This document shows positions 39,087-50,517 of a DNA stretch of 64,000 nucleotides, in pieces (positions within the stretch are counted from its first letter, which is position 1; every line of letters begins with the position of its first letter). Under the pieces are notes generated by a model that was not told where the DNA came from, made no database searches, and saw only the letters and a list, made by a program, of their open reading frames with translations. The DNA is from Acidimicrobiia bacterium. Lineage in GTDB: Bacteria > Actinomycetota > Acidimicrobiia > Spongiisociales > Spongiisociaceae. The stretch lies in assembly GCA_009841075.1 (NCBI GenBank), contig VXMP01000048.1, positions 7,090 through 71,089 of the forward strand. The letters are read 5' to 3'. Both the position numbers and the translations under genes were made by a program.

Positions 39087-39854
39087 ATGAAACTGGAAGG
39101 GAAGGCGGCTCTGGTAACCGGTGCCGGTTCGGGGATCGGCCAGGCGGCGGCGGAGTTATTCGCTTCCGCGGGAGCGTCCGTTGCGGTAGTAGACCTTAAT
39201 CTCGCCGCGGCCAGTGCCACCGTAGACAAAATCACCGAAACGGGCGGCCAGGCCGTGGCGATCGCTGCCGACGTATCCTCCGCCGACCAGATCTCCCCGG
39301 CAGTCGACCAGGCCGCTCGACGGCTGGGCCGGCTCGACATCCTGTACAACAACGCCGGGGTTCCGGCGGCCGGATCGGTGCTGGATGCCGACGAGGATGA
39401 TTGGGAGCACTGCTTCGATGTGAACGTCAAGGGAACCTTTCTGACCTCGAAAGCCGCTATCCCCCACCTGCAGAAAGACGGGGGCGGCTCGATTATCAAC
39501 CAGGCCTCGGTCTCCGCCCTGGTAGGTGTCAGAGGGCTGGCCGCCTACAGCGCCGCCAAGGGAGCGGTGGTCTCCCTGACCAGGACGATGGCTCTCGACC
39601 TGGCACCGATGGGGATTCGGGTCAACGCCCTCTGTCCGGGCACGGTATTCACGCCTCTCATGGAGCCTCTGATGCGGGAAAGAGGGGGCGGTAGCATCGA
39701 AAAGGGTTTGGAGATCACCGCCGAAAAATACCCGATCGGAAGGATCGGAAGGCCCCACGAGATAGCTTCGGCCGCCTTGTTCCTGGCGTCCGACGAGGCC
39801 TCTTTCGTTACCGGATCGATCTTCACCGTCGACGGCGGTATGACCGCCCAATAA
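39087..39854 (+). CDS. xecE: SDR dehydrogenase, 2-(S)-hydroxypropyl-CoM dehydrogenase-like
   Basis: TGAGSGIG, YSAAK, CPGTV, KYPIGR, VDGGMTA. Divergent from xecD. Confidence 0.6.
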   Translation: MKLEGKAALVTGAGSGIGQAAAELFASAGASVAVVDLNLAAASATVDKITETGGQAVAIAADVSSADQISPAVDQAARRLGRLDILYNNAGVPAAGSVLDADEDDWEHCFDVNVKGTFLTSKAAIPHLQKDGGGSIINQASVSALVGVRGLAAYSAAKGAVVSLTRTMALDLAPMGIRVNALCPGTVFTPLMEPLMRERGGGSIEKGLEITAEKYPIGRIGRPHEIASAALFLASDEASFVTGSIFTVDGGMTAQ

Positions 39855-39875
39855 GACCACCGATTGGGGTAGCCA

Positions 39876-40790
39876 ATGGGTATTCATCTGGGGTCCGACA
39901 AGCCGTCGGATCTGCAAACCGCGGTAGCAATGATCCCGCCCGGCTCGATGGTGGCGCTGGGCGGCGGTTTGTCCGCTCGGCTCCCGATGGCCTTGGTGCG
40001 AGAGGTGATCCGAGCCGGGATCGGCGACCTGCATGTGGTGGGTTCCGCCCACTCCATAGACGTGGACATGCTGGCCGCCGCCGGATTGATCTCGGTCTGC
40101 GAAGAGAGCTATGTGGGTTACGAGCAGGACCTGGGTCTGGCACCCGCTTTTCGGAGAGCCGCCCAGAAGGGCGATCTTGAGGCCAGGGAAAGCTGCTGTG
40201 ACACCATACTCACCCAGCTAAGGGCCGCCGAAATGGGCCTTTCCTTTCTGCCTGTCCACGGGGTTAAAGGGACCGACATCGAATCGCTGCACCCCGAATA
40301 CGGCCGCATCACCTGTCCGTTCACCGACCACGAATACGTGGTGGTTCCGCCCCTTTCGCCCGACGTGGCCTTGATCCACGCCCCGATCGGCGACCGTCAA
40401 GGCAACCTCCATATCGAACAACCCTATGTGCTGGACGAACGCTTCGCGGTGGCTTCCGCCCAGGTGATAGCCACCGTGGATCGGATTGTCTCTACCCGAG
40501 AGGTAGTCGAGGCGGGAATCGTCATCCCGTTTTACCGGGTTTCGGCCCTAGTCGAGGTCCCCTTTGGTGCCCACCCCACCTCCTGTTACCCGGGCTACGC
40601 CTACGACCGGAACCATCTGTCCGCCTGGGTGACGGCGGCGGGAACGCCGGAGGGTGCCGGCGACTATCTCCGTAACTATGTCACCGGAGTCGACGAGGCC
40701 GGTTATCGGCGGAGGATCGGACCGGAACGTCTGGAGCATTTGACCGGCTACCAGGCCTCGGAGGAAACCTGGATGGAGATTTTTCGATGA
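39876..40790 (+). CDS. Family I CoA-transferase subunit A (glutaconate CoA-transferase type)
   Basis: ALGG...PMALVRE, GLAPAFRRA, PDVALIHA, PFGAHPTSCY. Confidence 0.85.
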   Translation: MGIHLGSDKPSDLQTAVAMIPPGSMVALGGGLSARLPMALVREVIRAGIGDLHVVGSAHSIDVDMLAAAGLISVCEESYVGYEQDLGLAPAFRRAAQKGDLEARESCCDTILTQLRAAEMGLSFLPVHGVKGTDIESLHPEYGRITCPFTDHEYVVVPPLSPDVALIHAPIGDRQGNLHIEQPYVLDERFAVASAQVIATVDRIVSTREVVEAGIVIPFYRVSALVEVPFGAHPTSCYPGYAYDRNHLSAWVTAAGTPEGAGDYLRNYVTGVDEAGYRRRIGPERLEHLTGYQASEETWMEIFR

Positions 40791-41596
40791 GCTACCGGTT
40801 CGGACTCGACGAATGGTTCGTGGTGGAGTTGGCCCGAACCGTCCACGACTCCGAGGTAGTCTTCCACGGATTCGGAAGCCCGTGCGCAACGGTCGCCATG
40901 CACCTCGCCAAACGCACCCACGCCCCCTCCGCCCTCCTGATAGAGGGGGCCATGTATGCGGTCAACCCCTACCCGGCCTTCATCCCTCCGACCAGCAACG
41001 ATCACTCCCTCAAACAGGGTGCCGTCTATTCGATGCGCTTCGAAGAGGCCTTCGACATGTCGGTGCGGGGGGAGGTCGATCATATGTTCCTGTCGGGTAT
41101 CCAAATCGACTCCTTCGGCAACACCAACGTCACCGCCATCGGGCCGATGCCCACCCCCAAGGTGAAGCTCGGAGGCGGAGGCGGCGGCTGCAACATGTCG
41201 GCCACCATCAGGCGTCTCACCCTATGGACCACCAACCATCGGCCCGGCCGATGCCTGGTCGAAAAGTGCGACTTCGTAACGGATCTCGGCCATAGCACCA
41301 GGGAAGGAACCCGACTCGACCTGGGCTACACCGGAGGCGGCCCGCAGGCTCTGATCACCGAGTTGGGGGTGTTCGACTTCCCCGAGGGACGGGCTCGGCT
41401 CAGAGCCTTGTTTCCCGATGTGACCCGCCGAGAGGTGGCGGAAGCGACCGGCTTCGATTACCAGGAGGCACCCGACCTGGGTCCCTTGGAGAGGCCGGCC
41501 CGAAGCCAGATCGAACATATCCGAACCATCGATCCCCTATCTGTCCGCCGCTCCGAGTTCCGTCCCGCCGAGCTGGAACGAACCTTCCCGCTATGA
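40787..41596 (+). CDS. Family I CoA-transferase subunit B
   Basis: HAP..LLIEG (catalytic Glu position), QIDSFGNTN, GGGGG, ITELGVFDF. Confidence 0.85.
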   Translation: MSYRFGLDEWFVVELARTVHDSEVVFHGFGSPCATVAMHLAKRTHAPSALLIEGAMYAVNPYPAFIPPTSNDHSLKQGAVYSMRFEEAFDMSVRGEVDHMFLSGIQIDSFGNTNVTAIGPMPTPKVKLGGGGGGCNMSATIRRLTLWTTNHRPGRCLVEKCDFVTDLGHSTREGTRLDLGYTGGGPQALITELGVFDFPEGRARLRALFPDVTRREVAEATGFDYQEAPDLGPLERPARSQIEHIRTIDPLSVRRSEFRPAELERTFPL

Positions 41597-43641
41597 GCCT
41601 GGACCCGGTCTTCAACCCTACCCGAGTGGCGGTGGTCGGGGCTTCGGATCGCCCGGGCAAGGTGGGCTCGGTTATCTGGCGCAACCTGTCCGGCTTTGAC
41701 GGGGAGGTCATCCCGGTCACCACCTCGGCGGAGCAGGTTGGGGGCGTTCCCACCGTGGCGGCCCTGACCGAAATAGAGGGCCGGGTTGATCTGGCCATCC
41801 TGTCCACCCCCGCCCGAGCCGCCCCGTCCATCGCCCGACAAGCCGCCGCCCAGGGAGTCGGGGCGATGGTGGTGCTGGCGGGCGGATTCGCCGAGAGCGG
41901 GCCGGAGGGTGCCGACCTTCAGGCCGAGCTGGTGGAAGCGGCCGGGGCGGTCAGGATCGTGGGCCCCAACTGCTTCGGCGTGCAGAATATCGCCCGGGGA
42001 CTCAACGCCACCATAACCATGGCCGGAGATATAGAACCTGGTCGGGTGGCCTTGATAACCCAGTCCGGTGCCTACGGGATGGCCATTCATTCGATGGCTT
42101 CGGACGAACGGCTCCGGTTCGGGAAGGTCTATTCTTCAGGCAATAAAGCCGACATCAACGACCCCGAGATAATCCGCTACCTTCATTCGGATCCCCAAAC
42201 CGACGTGATCTGTCTGTTGGCGGAGTCGGTCACCGACGGCTCGGAGTTGGCCGCCGCCATTCGGGCCACCTCGCCCACCAAACCGGTCATCGTGGCCAAG
42301 ACCGGTCGGAGCGAAGCCGGAGCCCGGGCGGCTCAATCCCATACCGGTTCGATGGGCACCGATCACGCCCTGTTCGGTGCGGCCATGCGGCAGGCCGGAG
42401 CTATCACGGTCCGGTCAGGTTTGGAGATGCTGGACGTGGCGAGAGTGCTGGCCGAACAGCCCCTTCCCGGCGGAAGTCGAGCCGCCATCATCACCAACTC
42501 CGGAGGGGTGGGGGTGGAGCTGTCCGACATGCTCGGAGACGAGGGGGTGGATGTTCCGGAGCTGTCAGAGGACCTTCAGAGCCGGATAGCCGAGCGCCTT
42601 CCCCCGATCGGAGGGGCGGGCAATCCGGTGGACATGACCCCGATCTGGTCCCGCTTCGCCGAGCTCTATCCCTGGCTGACCGACACGCTGGCCCGATCCG
42701 GTGAAGTTGACGTGGTGATCCCCATCCTTCTGCAGAGGGCCGCTCTGGACGAAGCCACCCTGGTGGGTATCAGGGATACGGTGGCGACCTTACGGGCCGA
42801 CGGTAATCGGGTACCGGTGGTCTGCTGTTGGGTTACCCCTCGGGAGGGACGCGACCGAGCGGATGTCCTGCAAACCGAGGGTATCCCCTGTCTGGAATGG
42901 CCGGAGAGGGTGGCGCGTGCGGTGGGCCATGCGGTGCGTTATTCGGCGATCCGATCCGAGCTTACGGCGGCACCGGCGGTCGAGCGGGCACCGACCCTCC
43001 CCTTTCCCGACGGACCCATCCCCCTCCTTGAGGCCGCCGATCTGCTGGCGGATTACGGGATCCGTACCCCTCCGAGTGAGCTTTGCCGGACCCCGGATCA
43101 AGCCGTTGAAGCGGCCGACCGGATGGATTATCAGGTGGTGATGAAGACCACCTCGCCGGAAGTAGCCCACCGTACCGAGCTGCAGGGGGTACGGATGGGC
43201 CTTGCCTCCGACGAGGAAATCCGCTCCGCCTTCTATGATCTGACCCGGCTGGGACCCGAGGTAGCGGTACAGCTTCTGGTGAAGGGGGAGGAGATGGTGG
43301 TGGGGGCGCTGCAAGATCCGGTTTTCGGGCCGGTGGTTATGGTCGGAATGGGCGGAACCTTGGTGGAGCTTATGCAGGATGTACGGTTTGCCCTTGCCCC
43401 TATAACCCACGCCGAAGCCCGGGATATGCTGGAAAGCCTGACCGGTTTCCCGATTCTCGCCGGCTACCGAGGCCGGCCGCCGGTTGACGTCTCCGGCCTG
43501 GTCGAGGTGGTAGTCCGAACCGCTCGGCTGATCGGTGAGCACCCCGAATTGGGAGAGATCGACCTGAACCCGGTCTTGGTGGGCGAAACCGGCACCGTAG
43601 CCGTGGACTGGAAGCTCTACATAGATCGCACTTTAAGATGA
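41593..43641 (+). CDS. Acetate--CoA ligase (ADP-forming) family acyl-CoA synthetase, fused alpha/beta
   Basis: VVGASDRPGKVG, GPNCFG, QSGA, AQSHTG (phospho-His), NPVD, ATP-grasp C-terminus (DPVFGP, DLNP). Confidence 0.88.
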   Translation: MSLDPVFNPTRVAVVGASDRPGKVGSVIWRNLSGFDGEVIPVTTSAEQVGGVPTVAALTEIEGRVDLAILSTPARAAPSIARQAAAQGVGAMVVLAGGFAESGPEGADLQAELVEAAGAVRIVGPNCFGVQNIARGLNATITMAGDIEPGRVALITQSGAYGMAIHSMASDERLRFGKVYSSGNKADINDPEIIRYLHSDPQTDVICLLAESVTDGSELAAAIRATSPTKPVIVAKTGRSEAGARAAQSHTGSMGTDHALFGAAMRQAGAITVRSGLEMLDVARVLAEQPLPGGSRAAIITNSGGVGVELSDMLGDEGVDVPELSEDLQSRIAERLPPIGGAGNPVDMTPIWSRFAELYPWLTDTLARSGEVDVVIPILLQRAALDEATLVGIRDTVATLRADGNRVPVVCCWVTPREGRDRADVLQTEGIPCLEWPERVARAVGHAVRYSAIRSELTAAPAVERAPTLPFPDGPIPLLEAADLLADYGIRTPPSELCRTPDQAVEAADRMDYQVVMKTTSPEVAHRTELQGVRMGLASDEEIRSAFYDLTRLGPEVAVQLLVKGEEMVVGALQDPVFGPVVMVGMGGTLVELMQDVRFALAPITHAEARDMLESLTGFPILAGYRGRPPVDVSGLVEVVVRTARLIGEHPELGEIDLNPVLVGETGTVAVDWKLYIDRTLR

Positions 43642-44030
43642 GCCGGCCGCAAGTGCCAACGGTCACGGCCTGGCTGGTATACGACGGGGAATGCCCGCTC
43701 TGTTCCAATTACACCCGCTTTCTGAGCCTTAAAGAGTCGGGCATAGATCTGGTGCCGGTTGACGCTCGGACGGGCGGGCCGTTGGTGGACGAGATCCGGC
43801 AACTCCCTCATAACCTGGACGAGGGGATGGTGCTGAAGTTGGACAGTCAGTTCTACATCGGCCACCAGGCCCTAGGCGTCCTGGCCCTCCTATCGGACCA
43901 GAGCAGCCTCCTCGCCAAGCTCAACCACCGACTATTCGGCTCGCCTAAGGCAGCCCGCCTGGGCTATCCGCTGCTGAGGGCGGCCCGACGGATAATCCTG
44001 GCCGTCAAGCGGATACCGCCCCTCACCTAG
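43638..44030 (+). CDS. DCC1-like thiol-disulfide oxidoreductase (DUF393)
   Basis: YDGECPLC DxxCxxC motif. ATGA-coupled to the ligase. Confidence 0.8.
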   Translation: MSRPQVPTVTAWLVYDGECPLCSNYTRFLSLKESGIDLVPVDARTGGPLVDEIRQLPHNLDEGMVLKLDSQFYIGHQALGVLALLSDQSSLLAKLNHRLFGSPKAARLGYPLLRAARRIILAVKRIPPLT

Positions 44031-44035
44031 CTCAA

Positions 44036-45058
44036 CTAACCGCCGATATAGCTCATTTCGACCTTCTGCAGGTCAACCGTGTCCAGGGACCGAATCTCCG
44101 AATAGCGATCATCCCGAACCTCCCAGACCTGGCGTAGAGCATCAACCACCTCTTCCTCTCCGGCACCGGAGCGCAGCATCCGGCGCAGGTCCGTACCCCC
44201 CACTGCGAACAGGCAGGTGTAGAGCACCCCCTCCGCCGAGACACGAGCCCGGGTGCAGGTCCCGCAGAAGGGTTGGGTAACCGAGGCGATGAAACCCACC
44301 TCTCCCCCACCGTCTACATATCGCCACCTCCTGGCTACTTCCCCCCGGTAGTTGGGTGCCACCGGCTCGATCGGGAAGCGGCCGTTGATAGCCTCGATGA
44401 GCTCTTGAGCCGGTACCACATCGTCCATCCTCCAGCCGTTGCTGGCCCCGACGTCCATGTATTCGATGAAGCGCAAAATGTGCCCTGTACCCCGAAAGTA
44501 GGCGGCCATATCCACGGCGTCTTGGTCGTTGACTCCCCGTTTCACCACCGCGTTGACCTTGACCGGAAGTCCGGCGGCCGAAGCAACCTCGATCCCGTCC
44601 AGTACCGCCGACACGGGGAATCCGACATCGTTCATGGCTTGGAAGGTGTCTTCGTCAAGGGAGTCAAGCGACACCGTCACCCGAGACAATCCGGCCGCGG
44701 CCAGGCCTTCCGCTTTGCGGGCCAGCAAAGACCCGTTGGTGGTTAGGGTCACCTCGCAGTCGGTTGCATCGGTGAGCATGGAAATCAGCCGCTCTATCCC
44801 CCGGCGCAGGAGGGGCTCGCCTCCGGTGAGACGGATTTTCTGTACCCCGAAGCGCTCGAATGCCCGGGAAAGGAAGACCATTTCCTCGAAGGTAAGCAGC
44901 AGGTCCCGCTGCAAAAAAACGTACTCGCGGTTGAAGATCTCCGCCGGCATGCAGTAGCGGCAGCGAAAGTTGCAGCGGTCGGTAACCGAAAGCCGAAGAT
45001 CACGAACCGGACGACCTCGTGTATCCACTACCGAGGACGGTTTAATCAAACTTGTCAT
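44036..45058 (-). CDS. moaA: GTP 3',8-cyclase (Moco biosynthesis)
   Basis: CNFRCRYC radical SAM motif, FCGTCTR..C, C-terminal IGG. Confidence 0.95.
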   Translation of the reverse strand: MTSLIKPSSVVDTRGRPVRDLRLSVTDRCNFRCRYCMPAEIFNREYVFLQRDLLLTFEEMVFLSRAFERFGVQKIRLTGGEPLLRRGIERLISMLTDATDCEVTLTTNGSLLARKAEGLAAAGLSRVTVSLDSLDEDTFQAMNDVGFPVSAVLDGIEVASAAGLPVKVNAVVKRGVNDQDAVDMAAYFRGTGHILRFIEYMDVGASNGWRMDDVVPAQELIEAINGRFPIEPVAPNYRGEVARRWRYVDGGGEVGFIASVTQPFCGTCTRARVSAEGVLYTCLFAVGGTDLRRMLRSGAGEEEVVDALRQVWEVRDDRYSEIRSLDTVDLQKVEMSYIGG

Positions 45059-45100
45059 CAGACCACTTAAGGGTACCGCTTGAGAATAGGTAGCCCGACC

Positions 45101-45322
45101 TTACCGTTCGGAACGGCCTTGGTTCAGGTCGTTGACTATATCCGAGGCCTTGACGTTTAGATCCGGTAGGTCTGCGAGTAAGGGCCGGTTATCGACGCGC
45201 CGGGTAAACCGCGTCAGCTCACGGACAGCCAAGGCAGAAACCGACATACCCTCCCGGTCGGCTAGGGTCTTCAGGCGCTTCACTACTTCTTCAGGGACAT
45301 TGCGAAGATGCCAGATCGTCAT
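45101..45322 (-). CDS. FitA/VapB-like ribbon-helix-helix antitoxin, orphan
   Basis: LRNVPEEV..RLK.LA.REGMSVS RHH pattern. No PIN toxin follows. Confidence 0.7.
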   Translation of the reverse strand: MTIWHLRNVPEEVVKRLKTLADREGMSVSALAVRELTRFTRRVDNRPLLADLPDLNVKASDIVNDLNQGRSER

Positions 45323-45436
45323 AACAGGCTCTATTTTAGAAAGTTCCGGTAGGGTAGAAGGGTTGGGTACCTTGAGACGGGTCCCGAACCTCGGATTAAG
45401 ATAGGGCGCACCAATAATTCGGTTTTATACAAATAA

Positions 45437-47904
<2,468 letters not shown>

Positions 47905-47913
47905 ATCCGGGCT

Positions 47914-48834
47914 TTACCGGCCGGCCAACTCGATAAGCAGATTGCGGGTGTCGTCGGTTCCGATGCCGGTGTCGAAAGGAACCGCCCACACATCGGTTGC
48001 GCCGGCTTCGAACAGGGCTTGGATCCGTGAGCGGACGGTTTTCGAATCGCCGGTTATGACCAGATCAGCCGGTCCATCCACCCCCTCCCTGTCGAACAGA
48101 CGTCGGTAGTTGACCAGGTTGCCGTACATCCCGAAGGTTTGGGCGGCGGCTGCACCGGCCCGGTCCGGATCGTCATCCACCGCCACCGGGATGCCGGCCA
48201 CCACCCGGGGCGCGGGTCGTCCGGTCGATTCCGCCCCCTCGTTGACGGCGGGTACGACCACATCCTCCAGTGACTTGGGTCCGGCCAGCCAGGTGGTGAC
48301 ACCATCGGCCTTCTCCCCCGCCAGACGACACATAGCCTGTGCCAATCCCCCCACGATGATCGGGGGCTTCGAGGTGCCGGGTACGTTGATCGCTGCCTCT
48401 ACCCGGTAATGATCCCCTGAGAAGCTCACTGAACCGGTGCCGAGCATCCCGTCCAGAACGGTCAGATAATCTCGGAGGTGTCCGATCTGACTGGAGTAGT
48501 CCAGCCCGTGCATCCCCTCGATAACCGGGCGATGGGAAACGCCTACCCCCAGCACCAACCTCCCCCCTGAAAGGGACTGGACGGTGGCGGCGGCCTGGGC
48601 TAGAGCAACCGGATGCCGAGGATAGGTGGGAACCACCCCTACCCCCAGCTCGATGGTGGAGGTGCGCAGGGCGGCCCCGGCCAGCATGGTCAGGGAGTCG
48701 ATTCCTCGGCTGAAGTGGATGCACCAGGCCGATCCGAAACCGTCCTGCTCGGCGGCTACCGCCTCATCTATAACCGCCTCGGGGGATTTGAAAACCCCGA
48801 TCGGCTCGCCTCCGATCAGAATCGTGATATTCAT
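47914..48834 (-). CDS. LLM-class F420-dependent oxidoreductase
   Basis: GVVPTYPRHP, GRLVLGVGVSH, LAGEKADG. Confidence 0.82.
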   Translation of the reverse strand: MNITILIGGEPIGVFKSPEAVIDEAVAAEQDGFGSAWCIHFSRGIDSLTMLAGAALRTSTIELGVGVVPTYPRHPVALAQAAATVQSLSGGRLVLGVGVSHRPVIEGMHGLDYSSQIGHLRDYLTVLDGMLGTGSVSFSGDHYRVEAAINVPGTSKPPIIVGGLAQAMCRLAGEKADGVTTWLAGPKSLEDVVVPAVNEGAESTGRPAPRVVAGIPVAVDDDPDRAGAAAAQTFGMYGNLVNYRRLFDREGVDGPADLVITGDSKTVRSRIQALFEAGATDVWAVPFDTGIGTDDTRNLLIELAGR

Positions 48835-48855
48835 TCCGGTCTCCTCATCCAGGAG

Positions 48856-49596
48856 TCAACCGATGGTGGCGTTCAATAGCTTCAGCAGCCGTGACATGGT
48901 GTCACCGACGGCGGCGTGATGGTAGGAGTCGGAATCGTCATCCAAGTAGTGATGGCCTACTCCTTCATAAACAATCCATCGTCCGTGCGGGTTAAGCCCT
49001 TGGGCCTGGTCGACCTCGGCGACCGAAACCAGCTCATCGTCGGCACCGTAGAGGCCCAGCACCGGCATCGGTAACATCTCCAGGGCTTCGGCCGCCGGAA
49101 GTTGGCGGTGTCCGTCACCGGTCAGAGGGGCGTATATGACACACAGTGCCCCGACCGTCTGCTGTCTATAGGCGGCGTATACCAGGGCGAACCGTCCCCC
49201 GACATCGATTCCCACCATCCCGATCCGACCCGGGCGAGCCCAACCCGCCGGATCGGCCAGAGCGAAGGAAACCGCGTCCTCGATATCGGCCCGGGCGCGG
49301 CGGTCGCTGATTTCGTTATAGGCGGCAGCCAGATCATCGAAAGAGGCTTCCGGTCCGGGATGCCGGCCCCGGGTGAGGTCCGGTACCAACACCGCGTAGC
49401 CGTGTCGGGCCAGCCGACGGGCCATATCTTTGACAAAGGGAACAATCCCGTCCAGCGGTGGCAAAAGCACAACCAGTGGATAGTCGCCGATCCGGTCGGG
49501 GCGGGCCATGTAGCCGTTGGTGAACCCGGCACCCGAGGGCATGGCGAAGTCACGATACAGTATTTCCAGGGTTCCCTCGTGTTGCAGAACCGCCAT
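48856..49596 (-). CDS. Dienelactone hydrolase-fold protein with atypical Asp at the nucleophile position
   Basis: RRLARHGYAVLVPDL, PVLGLYGADD, YEGVGH typical of DLH. Elbow is GIDVGG rather than GxCxGG. Confidence 0.75.
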   Translation of the reverse strand: MAVLQHEGTLEILYRDFAMPSGAGFTNGYMARPDRIGDYPLVVLLPPLDGIVPFVKDMARRLARHGYAVLVPDLTRGRHPGPEASFDDLAAAYNEISDRRARADIEDAVSFALADPAGWARPGRIGMVGIDVGGRFALVYAAYRQQTVGALCVIYAPLTGDGHRQLPAAEALEMLPMPVLGLYGADDELVSVAEVDQAQGLNPHGRWIVYEGVGHHYLDDDSDSYHHAAVGDTMSRLLKLLNATIG

Positions 49597-49839
49597 TCGT
49601 CAAACCTCTCCCGGTCATTCCTCTAGAAGGGTACGCCCACCCATGGTAGCGAGACTTGCGGCGTGGCGGCACCCACCCCTTAAGCTATGACGGCAGGGTT
49701 GTCATTTTGATTATCTTGAGAATGATAAAAATTAGGCTGTGTCTGGCTTACTAGCCCTTTTTGCGTCAATTAAGATAGGGCGAAAGCCACAAGGGGTACT
49801 TCTCTTCTTGTGTAGGGTATACTGGCGAACGGAGCATAT

Positions 49840-50517
49840 ATGGAAATATCCACACTGGCGATCATTGGCACCCTGGTCACGATCTACATACGCCTGGCAA
49901 TAGTCGGGCGAGACAACAAACGTCTTCGGGCTGAGATGCTGCACGGATTCGGCGCACTTGATAAGAAAATCGACACGCTACGAACCGAAATGAAGGCCGG
50001 CGACCAGGCACTAGCCGGCAAAATCGACGAACTGCGCACCGACATGAACAACGGCGACCAGGCACTACGCGACGAATTGAGCAAGGAGATAAAAACCGGT
50101 GACCAGGCACTACGAACCGACATGAACACCGGTAACCAGGCACTAGCCAACAAAATCGACCAACTACGAACCGACATGAACAACGGCGACCAGGCACTAG
50201 CCGGTAAAATCGACACCGTCGACAAGTCGCTCAGCGGCAAAATCGACCAACTACGAACCGACATGAACAACGGCGACCAGGCACTACGAACCGACATGAT
50301 CGCCGGTGACCAGGCACTAGCCGGTAAAATCGAGACCACGAGCCAGGCACTACGCGACGAATTGAGCAGGGAGATGAACCGGGGCTTTGACATTGTGTAC
50401 CAGCGGCTTGACCGGATCGAGGACAGTGTATTGGATCTCACCAGGTCCCTCGGACAGGTTGAAGGCCGAAGCGAGATGCTGTCGACTGCTTCTCATTCCC
50501 CCGCCAACCCTCATTAG
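49840..50517 (+). CDS. Membrane-anchored coiled-coil protein built from 7/11-residue tandem modules
   Basis: N-terminal hydrophobic helix; repeats LRTDMNNGDQA and LAGKIDx. GGAG RBS. Confidence 0.75.
   Translation: MEISTLAIIGTLVTIYIRLAIVGRDNKRLRAEMLHGFGALDKKIDTLRTEMKAGDQALAGKIDELRTDMNNGDQALRDELSKEIKTGDQALRTDMNTGNQALANKIDQLRTDMNNGDQALAGKIDTVDKSLSGKIDQLRTDMNNGDQALRTDMIAGDQALAGKIETTSQALRDELSREMNRGFDIVYQRLDRIEDSVLDLTRSLGQVEGRSEMLSTASHSPANPH
49965..50380 (+). repeat. Intragenic modular tandem repeat (21/33/12-nt units)
   Basis: CCAGGCACTA recurs 8 times. Exact 49-bp duplication at 50151-50199 and 50238-50286. Confidence 0.9.

Noticed and set aside
49965-50380. Possible CRISPR array
   Set aside because: Repeats are in-frame coding modules, the intervening sequences are themselves repeated, and no cas genes are present.
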